Positions 25,661 through 36,183 of a stretch of 46,182 nucleotides of DNA are shown here, one piece after another. This DNA comes from a virus. Its lineage: Duplodnaviria > Caudoviricetes. The stretch covers positions 1 to 46,182 of IMG/VR virus record IMGVR_UViG_3300027419_000049. The stretch is one strand, 5' to 3'. The position numbers and the translations under genes were made by a program. The number at the start of each line of letters is the position of its first letter. The first letter of the stretch is position 1. The notes under the pieces are model-generated. The model saw only the letters and a list, made by a program, of their open reading frames with translations, ran no database searches and was not told the origin of the DNA.

Positions 25661-26974
25661 TTAAATATTTTCAATCGTTTCGATCCTTGGTGGAATTGTA
25701 CGTACAAGTCCTATTGGGTCAAAAGTTATACTCGTATCCACAAGCGGTGTACCGGCCATGCTAGTGATGGAACCAGCCGTATATGCTACAGTAACAGAAC
25801 CGACCGCATTATTAAAGCTTCCAAAATCAAGAATAATGGTAAGGCCGTCCTCATCTAAAGTAGAAGAACCCACGAGGAAACGAATCCCCAAACTGTCAAC
25901 GAGCGATAATGAACTAACCTGTGCTAATACTTCGCTCGCCGTTAGATGAATATTAAACCGAACCATAATTCGTTTACCATAATCAAGATACGGTTCTTGT
26001 GTTTCTGGGTTAATGGCCTCCACAGCAACATTTTCAACGTGAACCATAGTTGGAACGCCCAACGAGTATAGACCACCATATGGGGCGCCAGCGGTGATTC
26101 CCGATATCTCAATATGTTCCTCTTCGGGTGTTACGTTGGTGTATGTAACTTTGACCAATTCACCAGATGCGTCTATTTTCTTAAGTTCTAAATGTTCAGC
26201 ACTTTTACTACCAAGGCCGCCAAACTGAGTAAACGCCTCGTACATTGCACCGGCATTATTGACAACCTGTAATGCCACTCGATAGTCCCATGTACGTTGG
26301 GCGCTTATCTGTGTCCAAGTCTGTCCTAAAGGCAGTGCTGATGTGGGCACAGGTTCTGCGTCCGTCCATACACCGTCAATAAACTGACGATAATAGATTG
26401 CCCCAGATAGAATAAAGAAGACGCATAAGCCAAAATCGAAGCCTGGAACGTCTGACCACATAGCTCGTACGGCTGTTACGTCCGTACAATTCGCCTCAGC
26501 GAGAGTGTATCGCGACTCTCCGTCAATCTTCTGAGCATATAGCCCACCTGACGAGACCCAGAAGACCCATGGTTGAGTCTCCGTGACGAACTCATACTTT
26601 CCGCTCGTATTTTTAGGCATCGTCCCGTCAAAAGCTAGAGCCACAGCGCTAGCGTCCTCAGAAAAGCCGGTCTCATACCACTCATGGGCCGCCATACTAG
26701 TTCTGTGAATAGCAACCATAACGTTGGCTTTACCATTAGAGATATAAGCCAGGTTGAGTTTTGTGTTAGTAAATCCAAAATATGGATGACAGACGGCAAT
26801 GGATACGTCCGTAAAGGTTCCATCCAGAACCGTCTGCTTTTCCAAGAAGGTGTCATCGGTAAGTGCAGTTGTTGGTCTGCTAATCCACGCCACTGTAGAA
26901 GGATTTGCAGATGTTCCTTTTGTCTGAATATTCATGATAAGCTTGTCAGCAATATCCTTCGGCACGGTTCTCAC
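25661..26974 (-). CDS. Minor tail protein
   Basis: Position; GTG start after AGGAGG; beta-rich with Ig-like C-terminus. Confidence 0.65.
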   Translation of the reverse strand: MRTVPKDIADKLIMNIQTKGTSANPSTVAWISRPTTALTDDTFLEKQTVLDGTFTDVSIAVCHPYFGFTNTKLNLAYISNGKANVMVAIHRTSMAAHEWYETGFSEDASAVALAFDGTMPKNTSGKYEFVTETQPWVFWVSSGGLYAQKIDGESRYTLAEANCTDVTAVRAMWSDVPGFDFGLCVFFILSGAIYYRQFIDGVWTDAEPVPTSALPLGQTWTQISAQRTWDYRVALQVVNNAGAMYEAFTQFGGLGSKSAEHLELKKIDASGELVKVTYTNVTPEEEHIEISGITAGAPYGGLYSLGVPTMVHVENVAVEAINPETQEPYLDYGKRIMVRFNIHLTASEVLAQVSSLSLVDSLGIRFLVGSSTLDEDGLTIILDFGSFNNAVGSVTVAYTAGSITSMAGTPLVDTSITFDPIGLVRTIPPRIETIENI

Positions 26975-27327
26975 GTAGACACCTCCTCTGCTATAAGTAA
27001 TTTGATTGACGTGGTATACCACTCGCCAGGTTCGGCAGTATCCCATTCGGGTTTAGCCTCGATATAACCCATGACGAGTTTTTCACGATAGACCGCCGTC
27101 AAATATACACCATCTGCCTCGGCCTGGTTGACTGCTTCCATCTCTGTTCTGGTTGACAAAATCGTGATATCAGCATACTTGTTACCAGTACCGATTGTCT
27201 GCATATAGACGCTGCCATCCAAGGCTTTGGATATGACTTTGGTTTGCTCGATGCCTGGAATATAGGAGAGAATTTGAGCCAAGACAGCGCCCTCAAGTGA
27301 GAGTTTCCACTCAGTATATGTTGTCAT
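26971..27327 (-). CDS. Distal-tail-like protein
   Basis: Immediately after tape measure; LDGSVYMQTIG. Confidence 0.55.
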   Translation of the reverse strand: MTTYTEWKLSLEGAVLAQILSYIPGIEQTKVISKALDGSVYMQTIGTGNKYADITILSTRTEMEAVNQAEADGVYLTAVYREKLVMGYIEAKPEWDTAEPGEWYTTSIKLLIAEEVST

Positions 27328-30300
27328 CTTCGACTATCCCTCCTCATAAGTGATGTAATCATATCCTCAACGGCATAGTCAGCCACTGCGACCAATTCGC
27401 CCTTGTCGTTGACACCCTTTACAGTTACATCATCAAAGGTGTGGTGGACAGTTGTGGACTGCTCCGCACGTACAAGCGGGGTGATATTTGTAGCGCCAAG
27501 TGTCAGACTTTGTAGTTCTTTTGCGGTCGCCAGACTGCCTGAGGATATGCCCTTTGTCATATCTATGACGGGTTGAATTGTACCCTTAGCCATGTTTTCT
27601 GCGGCTGTAGAGGCTACATGGGCATATTTGGTAAAGCCCTTGGCAAACCCCAAGTCGGCATACATGCCAGACTTGATAAATTCTGTCGCTGGAGATGAAA
27701 CGCCTATTTCGGCATTGGCGGCATTCAACGCGGCACGAGCCATAGAGGCCGCAGCAACAGCCGCCGATTGGATATTGTCAGTAATACCAACAACAAAGCC
27801 TTTGACTAGGTTTGCTCCAGAAGACTGGAACCCACTCTTATGACCGTCGATGGCCGATAATGAGTTGTCAATTTCTGAATTGATGATTTTACCGACGCCA
27901 CTAACCTCGTCAGGAACCTTTTTGATCGAGTTAACACAGTCCGTTATAGTAGCCGTAATAGAAGCAAGTCCGAGTCCAGTTGAGAGCGCGCCTGCGCCAA
28001 ACGCTAGTAATCCAGCACCGCCAGCTAACAAACCAGGAGAAGCAAGTAGTAATTTTCCACTGGTTATAAGCAAATCTGTAGCGAAGGAGCCAAGACCTTC
28101 GAGTTTTGTAAGGTCTACCATGGTCAACACCATAAGACCGGCGCCCATTGCAGCCAAACCGAGTCCAGCAGCTATTGCGCCCGCTCCAGCGACTACTGCG
28201 CCCGCTCCAAAGACAAGCAAAGCAGCTCCAGCAGCTAAAAGTTGCAAGGAGAGAGCAGATATTTGTACGGCCGTATTGGCCAAATTCAACAGTGCTTCTT
28301 GACCAGCGGGACCGGCCGCAACAATCAAACCGAGACCCATACCAAGTAGCATGAAGCTAATACCCAATGCTGATACGCCGATAGAGAAGACTAAGAGTGC
28401 TGCTCCGACAACGAGAATGGCTGGGGCCAACAAGGTTAATGGTGTGATGGCAAGTGCTATGGCTATCAATATGCCAACACCAGCCAAACCGGATACAGCG
28501 AGAGCACCAAGACCTATTGATAGGACTAATGCCGCCGCACCTATGGCTGCTAAACCGATACCAAGGACTATTAAGGCCGCTCCTAGAAGCAGCATTGATG
28601 GAATAACCGGGGTCAAGAGAGCAGCGGCCACTCCGAATATGGCTAATGTGCCAACTAGAGCTAGAAGGGCTAGTCCTATCTCAGTTAAAGACATAGAACC
28701 GAGAATCTTGAGTGCCACTGCGAGAACGAGTAGGGCTGCACCTACGACGAGCATTGCTGCGGCGCCAACGATGGCTCCTTGCATGGCATTAACCGCTATG
28801 ACAATAATAAGGAGAGCCCCTCCAAGGGTTATAAGGCCAGCGGCTATTTGCTCGGGTGACATACTGCCCATGATCTTCATAGCCAAAGCTATTGCAACCA
28901 ATGCTACAGCCAACCCAATGAGACCTAGACCCATGCTAGCCAAGTTTTTAGGCATGAGATATACGGCGCCTATGATTAGAGCCAGTGCTATAGCCATAGC
29001 TCCAAGACCCTGTACCAACTGCTCAAGTGGCATACTGCCAAGAATAGCAATCGCCATTGCAAATATATTGAGCGCAACTGCTAGAATCCCGATAGCCACA
29101 GCCGTAGCAATGAGTTTACCAGAATCGCCCATTGTCTTGACAAATATAGCAATACCAGCCATGATGGCGGCAACCGCAATAAGTCCTTGGACAAGGGCCG
29201 CTGGATCCATGGTGCCGAGAGTCTTAACTGCCTGCGAGAGAATGAGAATAGCAGTTGCAAATATAACAAGTCCAACGCTACTGCTAATGAGTTTACCAGT
29301 ATTCTTTGACATTGCTTTGGCAGCAACAACCATCATAGCCATCATAGCACCAATAGCAATGGTTCCGGCTACTATTTTATCAAAGTCACAATCACTAATC
29401 TTTTTAAGTGCAACTGCCAGAATAAGAATCGCAATTGACATGCCGATCATGGCCGTAGCCAAGATAGTCAACTTTGCAGTACCCTTTACACTCGTTCCCA
29501 TTTTGTCAAATAATAACATGGAACCCATCAACTCAGCAAACAGAGTGGTCATCGCTGCTAAAGAGCCAGCAATCTTGTCTGGGTCGACCATTGATAGGAC
29601 AAGGAACGACACCGCAAGGATACCAATAGCCGCTGCTATTTTTAGGAGAATGTTGGCCTTTAAGTCGTTCTGATAGGCCTCGAGGCATCCTTTTACACCG
29701 TCAAGAAGACCCGTAATTGAGGATAAGAAGCCTGAGCCTGAGTCGACAAATTTCTTGATACCGAGAATCAATGCTCCAAGGACACCCGTGCTAAATAAGC
29801 CGGCAAGACCAGAGAAGTTTAGGTTCTTAAGTGCATCGCCAATAGCCTGACCAAAAGGTTTAAGGTATTCGGCGATTTTCTTGAAGGTCGTTCCAATAGC
29901 GGTACCTATCTTACCTATGAACTCAGAGACACCCTCTAACGGTTTGAACTTCTCCTTGATTGAGTCAGCAAAGGCCGAGAAACCTGAGGTGTCAATGCCG
30001 AGTAACTTGCCAAAAGCCTTAACTATGGCTGTGACTCCGGTAGTAATGCCGTTCGTACAAGCGGTTATGACGTCGCTTAGAACTTCAAAGGCGGTGGTAA
30101 AGAACCCACTCTTATCTAAGAAGTCATCAATTGAAACTAACCAATCGCCAATACTGGCGGTAAAACCAAGAAGACCTTCTCCGGCTGGGGCCAATGCTCC
30201 AACCAATTTTCCGACAACTTTGATTACTGTAGTGAATGCTTTTTTGATAATGTCTAAGATGGCAAACAAACCCTTGAAGGTTCGTTTGAGATTCTGACTT

Positions 30301-31943
30301 TGCGTGTCGCTGAGTTTGAATTGTGCTGTGAAGTCTCGAATCTTCTCTGTAAGAGCATATAATTGTTCGCCTGTTGCGGCCGGAAAGATTTCTCTGAACC
30401 CATCTCCGATTGGTTTAAGAATACTCATTAAACCTTCGAAGGAATTACGTAACGCCTGTATAAGGTTCTCTCGTCCGGAGGCGAGCGTCATCTTTTTAGC
30501 GAAGTCATCGAGAGATACGGTCCCATTTTGAACCTCTTTGTTGAACTCTTCTAGAGCAGTAATCTGAGCACGAGTATACCCAAGCTCGGTTAACTGGTCA
30601 TCAGATAGTCCTTGTGTCTTTGCTGTAAGGTTCTTGAGCGCTTCACTCATCATGTCCGCAGTAAGCCACCCGCTCTTTAATGTTGCCGTAAACGAGCCTT
30701 CTTTGGTTATCATTTCGTCTATTTTAACATCGTGGGCCTTGGCAACCGCCATTAGAGCGTCTATGTAGCCTGCTTCATCGGCAACTCCGGCATATAACAG
30801 TTGTTTCCACCCAGAGGATAGTCCTCCAGAAAGTAAATTGTTACGAACCTGGGCAGAATCACCAATGAGTTTACCCATAACGTTGGATATCTCAGTGAAT
30901 ACTTCCTTTGCTTCACCAAAATCACCGATTATCAGTTTCCAACTCTGAGACCATCCTGATTGGGCAGCCTCTTTTAACGTGTCGTATAACTGACTTAAAG
31001 TTTTAACTTTGGTAGCCGCATCGTTAGCCATCTTACCGAGTTTCATTATCTCAACTATTTGTGCCTCTGTATAACCCATAGTCTTAAGTTGTGTTTCGTT
31101 CAAATCCCCAGTAAATTTGGAAAGGGTTTCGGTCAGAACCTCGGATGTTAACCAACCTTTTTCAAGGGTGTTTCTGAACGAGCCTTCATCCGTAATCATT
31201 TGGTCGATCGCTACGCCATGAAGACGAGCGGTCTCTTTTAAAGCGTCTTGGAAGACTTGACCGCCCATACCAGCATTGACAACCGAGTTCCAGTCCATAA
31301 GTTTGACTGTTCCTGAGGACAATGCCTGAGAAAGTTGATACATGGCTACGGACGCCTGCTGGGCATTTGAACCCGAGACAGCGGCCAAGTTAGCGATACC
31401 TTTGATGGCCGAGACTGACGTCTTCAAATCGACGCCGGCGGCTGTAAAGGTACCAATATTCTTGGTCATTTCTGTGAAGTTGTATATGGTCTTATCGGCA
31501 TATACGTTTAACTCATCTAGAGCCGCGTTAACCTGATTAAGGGTTGTACCTTTCATGGAGGTGTTTGCTAAGATGGTCTGTACAGCGTTTATCTGGGTTT
31601 CGTATTCACGAAAACCGGCCATGATCGGGTCAATGGTAAGGGCTGAAACAATTCGTTTGCCGGCATTTACTGCGGAATTGGTTATGTTAGCAAGAGCCGT
31701 CATGCCCATTATGCCTAGGTTAGAGAACCTACTAGCAATAGCGTCGACTCCATCAGCAATTCCTGCGAGTGAAAATTTCCTAGCAGCATCATGTAAACCC
31801 ATCAAACTCTTAGTAGATTTATCCAGATTTAGACTACTCTTAAGTTTATCGAGAGTACTGATGCTGGTTTTAACTCCAGACTCAAATTGCTTATTGTTGA
31901 ATTGCATGTCTACAATTCTTTGGTCGATCGATTTATCACTCAT
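27324..31943 (-). CDS. Tape measure protein
   Basis: About 1540 aa; YADKTIYNF and QLSQAL tape-measure domain; long Ala/Gly/Leu hydrophobic repeats. Confidence 0.93.
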   Translation of the reverse strand: MSDKSIDQRIVDMQFNNKQFESGVKTSISTLDKLKSSLNLDKSTKSLMGLHDAARKFSLAGIADGVDAIASRFSNLGIMGMTALANITNSAVNAGKRIVSALTIDPIMAGFREYETQINAVQTILANTSMKGTTLNQVNAALDELNVYADKTIYNFTEMTKNIGTFTAAGVDLKTSVSAIKGIANLAAVSGSNAQQASVAMYQLSQALSSGTVKLMDWNSVVNAGMGGQVFQDALKETARLHGVAIDQMITDEGSFRNTLEKGWLTSEVLTETLSKFTGDLNETQLKTMGYTEAQIVEIMKLGKMANDAATKVKTLSQLYDTLKEAAQSGWSQSWKLIIGDFGEAKEVFTEISNVMGKLIGDSAQVRNNLLSGGLSSGWKQLLYAGVADEAGYIDALMAVAKAHDVKIDEMITKEGSFTATLKSGWLTADMMSEALKNLTAKTQGLSDDQLTELGYTRAQITALEEFNKEVQNGTVSLDDFAKKMTLASGRENLIQALRNSFEGLMSILKPIGDGFREIFPAATGEQLYALTEKIRDFTAQFKLSDTQSQNLKRTFKGLFAILDIIKKAFTTVIKVVGKLVGALAPAGEGLLGFTASIGDWLVSIDDFLDKSGFFTTAFEVLSDVITACTNGITTGVTAIVKAFGKLLGIDTSGFSAFADSIKEKFKPLEGVSEFIGKIGTAIGTTFKKIAEYLKPFGQAIGDALKNLNFSGLAGLFSTGVLGALILGIKKFVDSGSGFLSSITGLLDGVKGCLEAYQNDLKANILLKIAAAIGILAVSFLVLSMVDPDKIAGSLAAMTTLFAELMGSMLLFDKMGTSVKGTAKLTILATAMIGMSIAILILAVALKKISDCDFDKIVAGTIAIGAMMAMMVVAAKAMSKNTGKLISSSVGLVIFATAILILSQAVKTLGTMDPAALVQGLIAVAAIMAGIAIFVKTMGDSGKLIATAVAIGILAVALNIFAMAIAILGSMPLEQLVQGLGAMAIALALIIGAVYLMPKNLASMGLGLIGLAVALVAIALAMKIMGSMSPEQIAAGLITLGGALLIIVIAVNAMQGAIVGAAAMLVVGAALLVLAVALKILGSMSLTEIGLALLALVGTLAIFGVAAALLTPVIPSMLLLGAALIVLGIGLAAIGAAALVLSIGLGALAVSGLAGVGILIAIALAITPLTLLAPAILVVGAALLVFSIGVSALGISFMLLGMGLGLIVAAGPAGQEALLNLANTAVQISALSLQLLAAGAALLVFGAGAVVAGAGAIAAGLGLAAMGAGLMVLTMVDLTKLEGLGSFATDLLITSGKLLLASPGLLAGGAGLLAFGAGALSTGLGLASITATITDCVNSIKKVPDEVSGVGKIINSEIDNSLSAIDGHKSGFQSSGANLVKGFVVGITDNIQSAAVAAASMARAALNAANAEIGVSSPATEFIKSGMYADLGFAKGFTKYAHVASTAAENMAKGTIQPVIDMTKGISSGSLATAKELQSLTLGATNITPLVRAEQSTTVHHTFDDVTVKGVNDKGELVAVADYAVEDMITSLMRRDSRR

Positions 31944-32317
31944 AGATTTGTAACCTCCCGCCATACAGATTTTGCAATCTTATCAAAGATTGGCTTAATT
32001 GCCGGGTTAATATAATCACGTCCTTGGACATACCCACCGGTTCCAGTTCCATGACCATACTGTAATATGATAGCAATGGGGACCCCATCACGAACATTGG
32101 AGTTTGTCCAAGCGATAGAATATGAACCTTTTCCGATAGTAACCTCGTAATCCCAGGAACTGGCAGTCACACCAGAGTCAACAGGAGTAGCAGAAGCTAG
32201 AGCGTTGACTCCCTCTCGACCATAACTCTCAAGAATTTGCCGATAGTTAATCTTAGTAGCTCTTTTTAGGAACTTCTCCGTGTTATTGAAGCTTCCTCGA
32301 TGCTTGAATACTACCAT
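31940..32317 (-). CDS. HK97 gp10-like tail completion/neck protein
   Basis: TPVDSG, LQYGHGT, YINPAI. Confidence 0.75.
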   Translation of the reverse strand: MVVFKHRGSFNNTEKFLKRATKINYRQILESYGREGVNALASATPVDSGVTASSWDYEVTIGKGSYSIAWTNSNVRDGVPIAIILQYGHGTGTGGYVQGRDYINPAIKPIFDKIAKSVWREVTNL

Positions 32318-32327
32318 GTCTTCCTCC

Positions 32328-32762
32328 TTATATCGGTGGATTCTTGTCTTTTGAATTTGGCTTTTCTTTCGTGTGTGGTTTATCTGGCCAAGTATTGTTT
32401 TGTGAAAGATTTTCAATCATGGATTTAAGTAGAAGAATAACTGGAGGTGCAACCAATTCGACTAAGGCTGCCTTAGACAGACTCTCGGCAATATCATCCC
32501 GCTCAATATAAGCAAGATAGTACGATGAACCCGCCATGATAGCTCCTATGTAGACGAGTACAAATATAAGAATCTTGCTCGTATCCAGTTTACCTTTGTC
32601 ATTCAACCAACAGGATATCCAAACTAAAACAAAACCAAAAGCTATGGTTCCACAAATCATGAGAACCTTAAATCCCCAAGTTCGTAGAATAAAACAACAC
32701 ACAAAGCTAAAGGTTATAGATAAGAGACACAATAGAAGTGCTCTTAAAAACAACTTCTTCAT
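32328..32762 (-). CDS. Multi-TM membrane protein, possible holin
   Basis: About 4 TMs; directly after endolysin. Confidence 0.55.
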   Translation of the reverse strand: MKKLFLRALLLCLLSITFSFVCCFILRTWGFKVLMICGTIAFGFVLVWISCWLNDKGKLDTSKILIFVLVYIGAIMAGSSYYLAYIERDDIAESLSKAALVELVAPPVILLLKSMIENLSQNNTWPDKPHTKEKPNSKDKNPPI

Positions 32763-32763
32763 A

Positions 32764-33528
32764 TCACTTATCCAGCAAACCGGCTCTGTTAAACAGAGTC
32801 GCTGCTTCTTCGCGACGAAGAAAACCCTGGGGATTATCGACGAGGCCGTCTTTGTCACCGTCGGAGAAAAGACCACTCTCAACAGCTTTCTCACACGACT
32901 CAATCGCGTATTCGGACGGTTTCTCGTCAGCAAGTCGAATGTTTATACGAGCAAGCAATGAGTCAACCTGCTCATCAGTTAGTTTTGTAAAGTCCATATC
33001 TTCATCCTCCTCAAGATTGGCATTGACTCTTTTTGCTATTTCACCATGAAGGTTATATAGGTAGTTTCCTGGGCAGGCCTTAGCAGCGAACCAACGATGA
33101 ACCGTCATGTTCTGTTTGTCAACCTGTCCGATTAAAGACTTATCAGCCTCCCATAGAAGTGCCTTGATTCCATTACGTTTGCAAATGTCGGTTAGCAATA
33201 GAATAAGAGATTCATATGCCTCGTCAGATATTGGCCAATCTGGAGCACCATCACAGTTTGCCACTTCGATGGTTATTGCTCGGTTATCGTTGGAACCCGA
33301 AGAGGTGCATATAGAACGGTCGCCCTCGTCAACGTACAATGCAATTCGACCATCTGAACCTATGCCATAGTTGCTGCTGGCTACTCTAACTTGGAACACC
33401 TCGCCACAGCCTTCTATTGAACCATCACCAGCCATAACGTGGATAGAAATAGTATCAATAATATGGTTTCGAGGACTGACCCTATGCGGACTAATCCTCG
33501 TGTATGAGATTAAAGAACTGTTGCTCAT
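32764..33528 (-). CDS. Endolysin: N-acetylmuramoyl-L-alanine amidase with SLH-like C-terminus
   Basis: ISIH, SSNYGI, ITIEVA, TVHRWF, KACPG; LRREEAATL. Confidence 0.88.
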   Translation of the reverse strand: MSNSSLISYTRISPHRVSPRNHIIDTISIHVMAGDGSIEGCGEVFQVRVASSNYGIGSDGRIALYVDEGDRSICTSSGSNDNRAITIEVANCDGAPDWPISDEAYESLILLLTDICKRNGIKALLWEADKSLIGQVDKQNMTVHRWFAAKACPGNYLYNLHGEIAKRVNANLEEDEDMDFTKLTDEQVDSLLARINIRLADEKPSEYAIESCEKAVESGLFSDGDKDGLVDNPQGFLRREEAATLFNRAGLLDK

Positions 33529-33532
33529 AGCA

Positions 33533-34072
33533 TCACCCCTTTGTATTCATTGAACGTCTACGAGACGCGTTTAATGCCGCATTACGACTAAGGGTTTCTT
33601 TCCTACCCATCTTCTTCGGAGGTTGACTCTTAGCGTCGCAGACCTTGATTAAGGCAAGTAGTTTGTTAAGGTGCCACTTTTCACGATCAAATGGAATGTT
33701 TAAAGCAACCATCCAATAGTAGATGATTTCGGAAGTCGTAATTTCTCTATTCAGCCCCTTTTTCTCATTAGGAAAGGTGGTAGCCGTCATAGGGGCTTCG
33801 ATGTAATCGGTTACCTGCTTTATGTTTTCTGAAGTAAGATACCGATAAACATTTGGATCGACGTTTTGGGTTATAGTCATACACCGAATGTAATCAATAT
33901 TTTCTTCACTTGTTTTCTCTTGTTTAGCCAAGAATGGTTTACACCATCTCGACTCCCATTTTGAAAGGGAGACCAGAGAGTGCTCGAGTTGCAATGTGTA
34001 TTCCTTGGAATGAACGAATTCGTTCTTTTCCTCGTCCCATTGCTCGATAGAAGGTATCGTGAGCTGTAACAT
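33533..34072 (-). CDS. Tail assembly chaperone-like protein 2
   Basis: LEHSLVSLSKWES, WHLNKLLALI; position. Confidence 0.65.
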   Translation of the reverse strand: MLQLTIPSIEQWDEEKNEFVHSKEYTLQLEHSLVSLSKWESRWCKPFLAKQEKTSEENIDYIRCMTITQNVDPNVYRYLTSENIKQVTDYIEAPMTATTFPNEKKGLNREITTSEIIYYWMVALNIPFDREKWHLNKLLALIKVCDAKSQPPKKMGRKETLSRNAALNASRRRSMNTKG

Positions 34073-34096
34073 TTCTGGCCTCCCTGTTCCAACATA

Positions 34097-34492
34097 TTAA
34101 TTAAGTGGCGCAGGAATCGAACTTAAGTTATTGGGAGCCTGCGGAATAATCCCATTAACAAAGTCCGCCGCGGAATCAGCATCGGTTAAGAACTCCATAA
34201 AGAGTTCACTATACGCTTCTGTCGCTGTGAAGGAGTCTGTTATCTCCTTGTTTTTCATGAAGCGCTTTCCGTCAAGACTCTTTTCGCCATATGCCTTACG
34301 GATAAGGTCTTTGAATATCTCAACGATAGCCGGGCCATCTGTTGTCCTGTTGATCTTCGCAACTATGGCGTTCATGCCGCCGTCATAACAGAGATCCATC
34401 TCTGTGATCTCTGCTTTTGTCAGATTGAAGTAAAAATCCTCAGTCTGTTTGACTCCGTTGAAGTCAGTATAGGTAATTGTCTTTTTAAGCAT
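34097..34492 (-). CDS. Tail assembly chaperone
   Basis: ITYTDFNG...FYFNLTKAE; follows major tail gene. Confidence 0.7.
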   Translation of the reverse strand: MLKKTITYTDFNGVKQTEDFYFNLTKAEITEMDLCYDGGMNAIVAKINRTTDGPAIVEIFKDLIRKAYGEKSLDGKRFMKNKEITDSFTATEAYSELFMEFLTDADSAADFVNGIIPQAPNNLSSIPAPLN

Positions 34493-34524
34493 AGTGTAAT
34501 TAACTCCTTTCAAAATGTTGATTA

Positions 34525-34560
34525 TAGCGGAGCCCTCCGGATATCGAGAGAGCCCCGCCA
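34525..34560 (-). terminator. GC-rich hairpin after major tail gene (no U-tract)
   Basis: GCGGGGCTCTC-loop-GAGGGCTCCGC. Confidence 0.55.
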
Positions 34561-34576
34561 AGAATCATAAGATTGG

Positions 34577-35536
34577 TTACGCGGCCGCGGTAGTAAAGTT
34601 CTTTACTGTCGGAGCCAGCGCCTGACCGTAGATATCCACTACGCCGCCAATGGCGACGATGTAAATAGTGCTGATAGACAGATCGGATGTCGGATTGAAT
34701 GTGAGAATCTTTCCGGTTGCATCCCAAGTCTTGGACCCAGCAACGAGAACACCAGTCTCAGAGGTTATCATGATGGACTCACGCTGGATTTTGTTGTTGA
34801 AAGTCATCACAACATTTGCGCCGACGGCAACATTGGTTGCTTCATCATCAGGAACGATGGTAGACAGTGCCAAAGCCGCAGGAGCTTCGCCACCGATGAT
34901 TGACAGTACTTCCTCGGGCAAGGGCAGACGTGCGTCAGCGCCTTCAGTACCGAAGAGAACATTTTCAAGCTGCGTTAACTTTGCAGCATCAACCTTTGTG
35001 GAATCAACGATCAAACAAGCAGTTGGCTTATAGCCGGCAACCGGAACAGGGGTGGTTGTGACTTCCCAAGAGAACGTTGCCGCTTCAGGAGAGTCATTAA
35101 CCGTAGCATAGGCTTTCTCGGAAGGAGCAGCCATAGCGTTGTAGATCAAATGAAGCTTATAGCCATAATCGCCACCCTCGGTATCATTACCAAGGATGGT
35201 CTTATAACAAAGACCGAAGCCTTTTCGCTTCTGCTGACCGATTGATACACCGACAGCAATAGATGCCGAACCATCGCAGATGGCAAATTCGTCAGGATAT
35301 GTATAAGCCTCGATGGTTGCACCGAATTCCTCGGCAGAAATAAGGTTCAAATATGCGATGTTATCAGCATAAACCTTATTGGACTCTGCGCCCGAAGGAC
35401 TTTCAGTTACAGCCGTAAGACCATTCCAGGCCGCACCAAGCGGATACAGACCAGCGGTGTTCATGGGATAAACAACACCCTGATTAACACCAGTCTCGTA
35501 AAGACGTTCTGTAATTGCGTCCCAAACAAGTTTCAT
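34577..35536 (-). CDS. Major tail protein with C-terminal Ig-like domain
   Basis: YETGV, WNGL, YADN, IEAYTYP; C-terminal P...ATNV...TFN...FTT. Confidence 0.88.
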   Translation of the reverse strand: MKLVWDAITERLYETGVNQGVVYPMNTAGLYPLGAAWNGLTAVTESPSGAESNKVYADNIAYLNLISAEEFGATIEAYTYPDEFAICDGSASIAVGVSIGQQKRKGFGLCYKTILGNDTEGGDYGYKLHLIYNAMAAPSEKAYATVNDSPEAATFSWEVTTTPVPVAGYKPTACLIVDSTKVDAAKLTQLENVLFGTEGADARLPLPEEVLSIIGGEAPAALALSTIVPDDEATNVAVGANVVMTFNNKIQRESIMITSETGVLVAGSKTWDATGKILTFNPTSDLSISTIYIVAIGGVVDIYGQALAPTVKNFTTAAA

Positions 35537-35548
35537 AGTAGTTCCTCC

Positions 35549-35854
35549 TTAATAATAAATGTTGAATATGTCGTGGTTGAGATTGTCGGACGTAAAATGC
35601 CGATCGTATACACACATCGACAAGGCTCCGACTTTTCCCGGGATAACACTGTCCGGATCCTTTGCAATAACCGTTAATTGATAACGATTTTTGATTGAAT
35701 ATGGGACATTGTTTGCGAACTTTGTGTCCATCGAACTACGAGAGTACACAATGCATGGATACTTCATAACGATTGTCGCTGGAGGTTGAAAATATACGTT
35801 TTTAGACCCCAGTATCGTCTCCAGGACTGTCTGGAGTTGGAGCCGTGTCCCCAT
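35549..35854 (-). CDS. Tail terminator / completion protein
   Basis: VYFQPP...YPCIVY; position. Confidence 0.7.
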   Translation of the reverse strand: MGTRLQLQTVLETILGSKNVYFQPPATIVMKYPCIVYSRSSMDTKFANNVPYSIKNRYQLTVIAKDPDSVIPGKVGALSMCVYDRHFTSDNLNHDIFNIYY

Positions 35855-36161
35855 TGTATACACCTCCTATCGTCAAGATAAGACGGGGCCTTAGGACCTC
35901 TACATTAGTAATTTTCCAATTGGCACCCATCCATTTGATGTATCTCATTGCGTAGAAAGTTTGGTAGGCGAAGGGATCCCCAACAATACTAATTGTGTTA
36001 CTCACAGTTAGATTATCATTGAGATTCTCCCCCGCCTCCAATCTTCGCGTATTCTTAATGACGTCACCCGAGTAGTTATGCTCGGTAATCACTTCAGTAT
36101 GTACGCCAGGCGCAGTTTCGGACGTTAGGACATAGCCGATCGGTCCATAAAACTTTGCCAT
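35802..36161 (-). CDS. Head closure (stopper) protein
   Basis: Position after capsid; ISIVGDPFA, PRLILTIGG. Confidence 0.7.
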   Translation of the reverse strand: MAKFYGPIGYVLTSETAPGVHTEVITEHNYSGDVIKNTRRLEAGENLNDNLTVSNTISIVGDPFAYQTFYAMRYIKWMGANWKITNVEVLRPRLILTIGGVYNGDTAPTPDSPGDDTGV

Positions 36162-36183
36162 TTTGAAGCTCCTTACTCAGTTA

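Noticed and set aside
21410-26974. Diversity-generating retroelement acting on tail genes
   Set aside because: No reverse transcriptase and no template/variable repeat pair seen in the window
28351-29673. 440-aa + strand ORF and other long + strand ORFs (e.g. 4550-5167, 36616-37248)
   Set aside because: Antisense shadows of clear - strand genes with biased codon usage; no recognisable motifs
33533-34492. Programmed -1 frameshift between tail chaperones
   Set aside because: The ORFs are separated by 24 nt, the second has its own GGAGG RBS, and no slippery heptamer is seen near the end of the first
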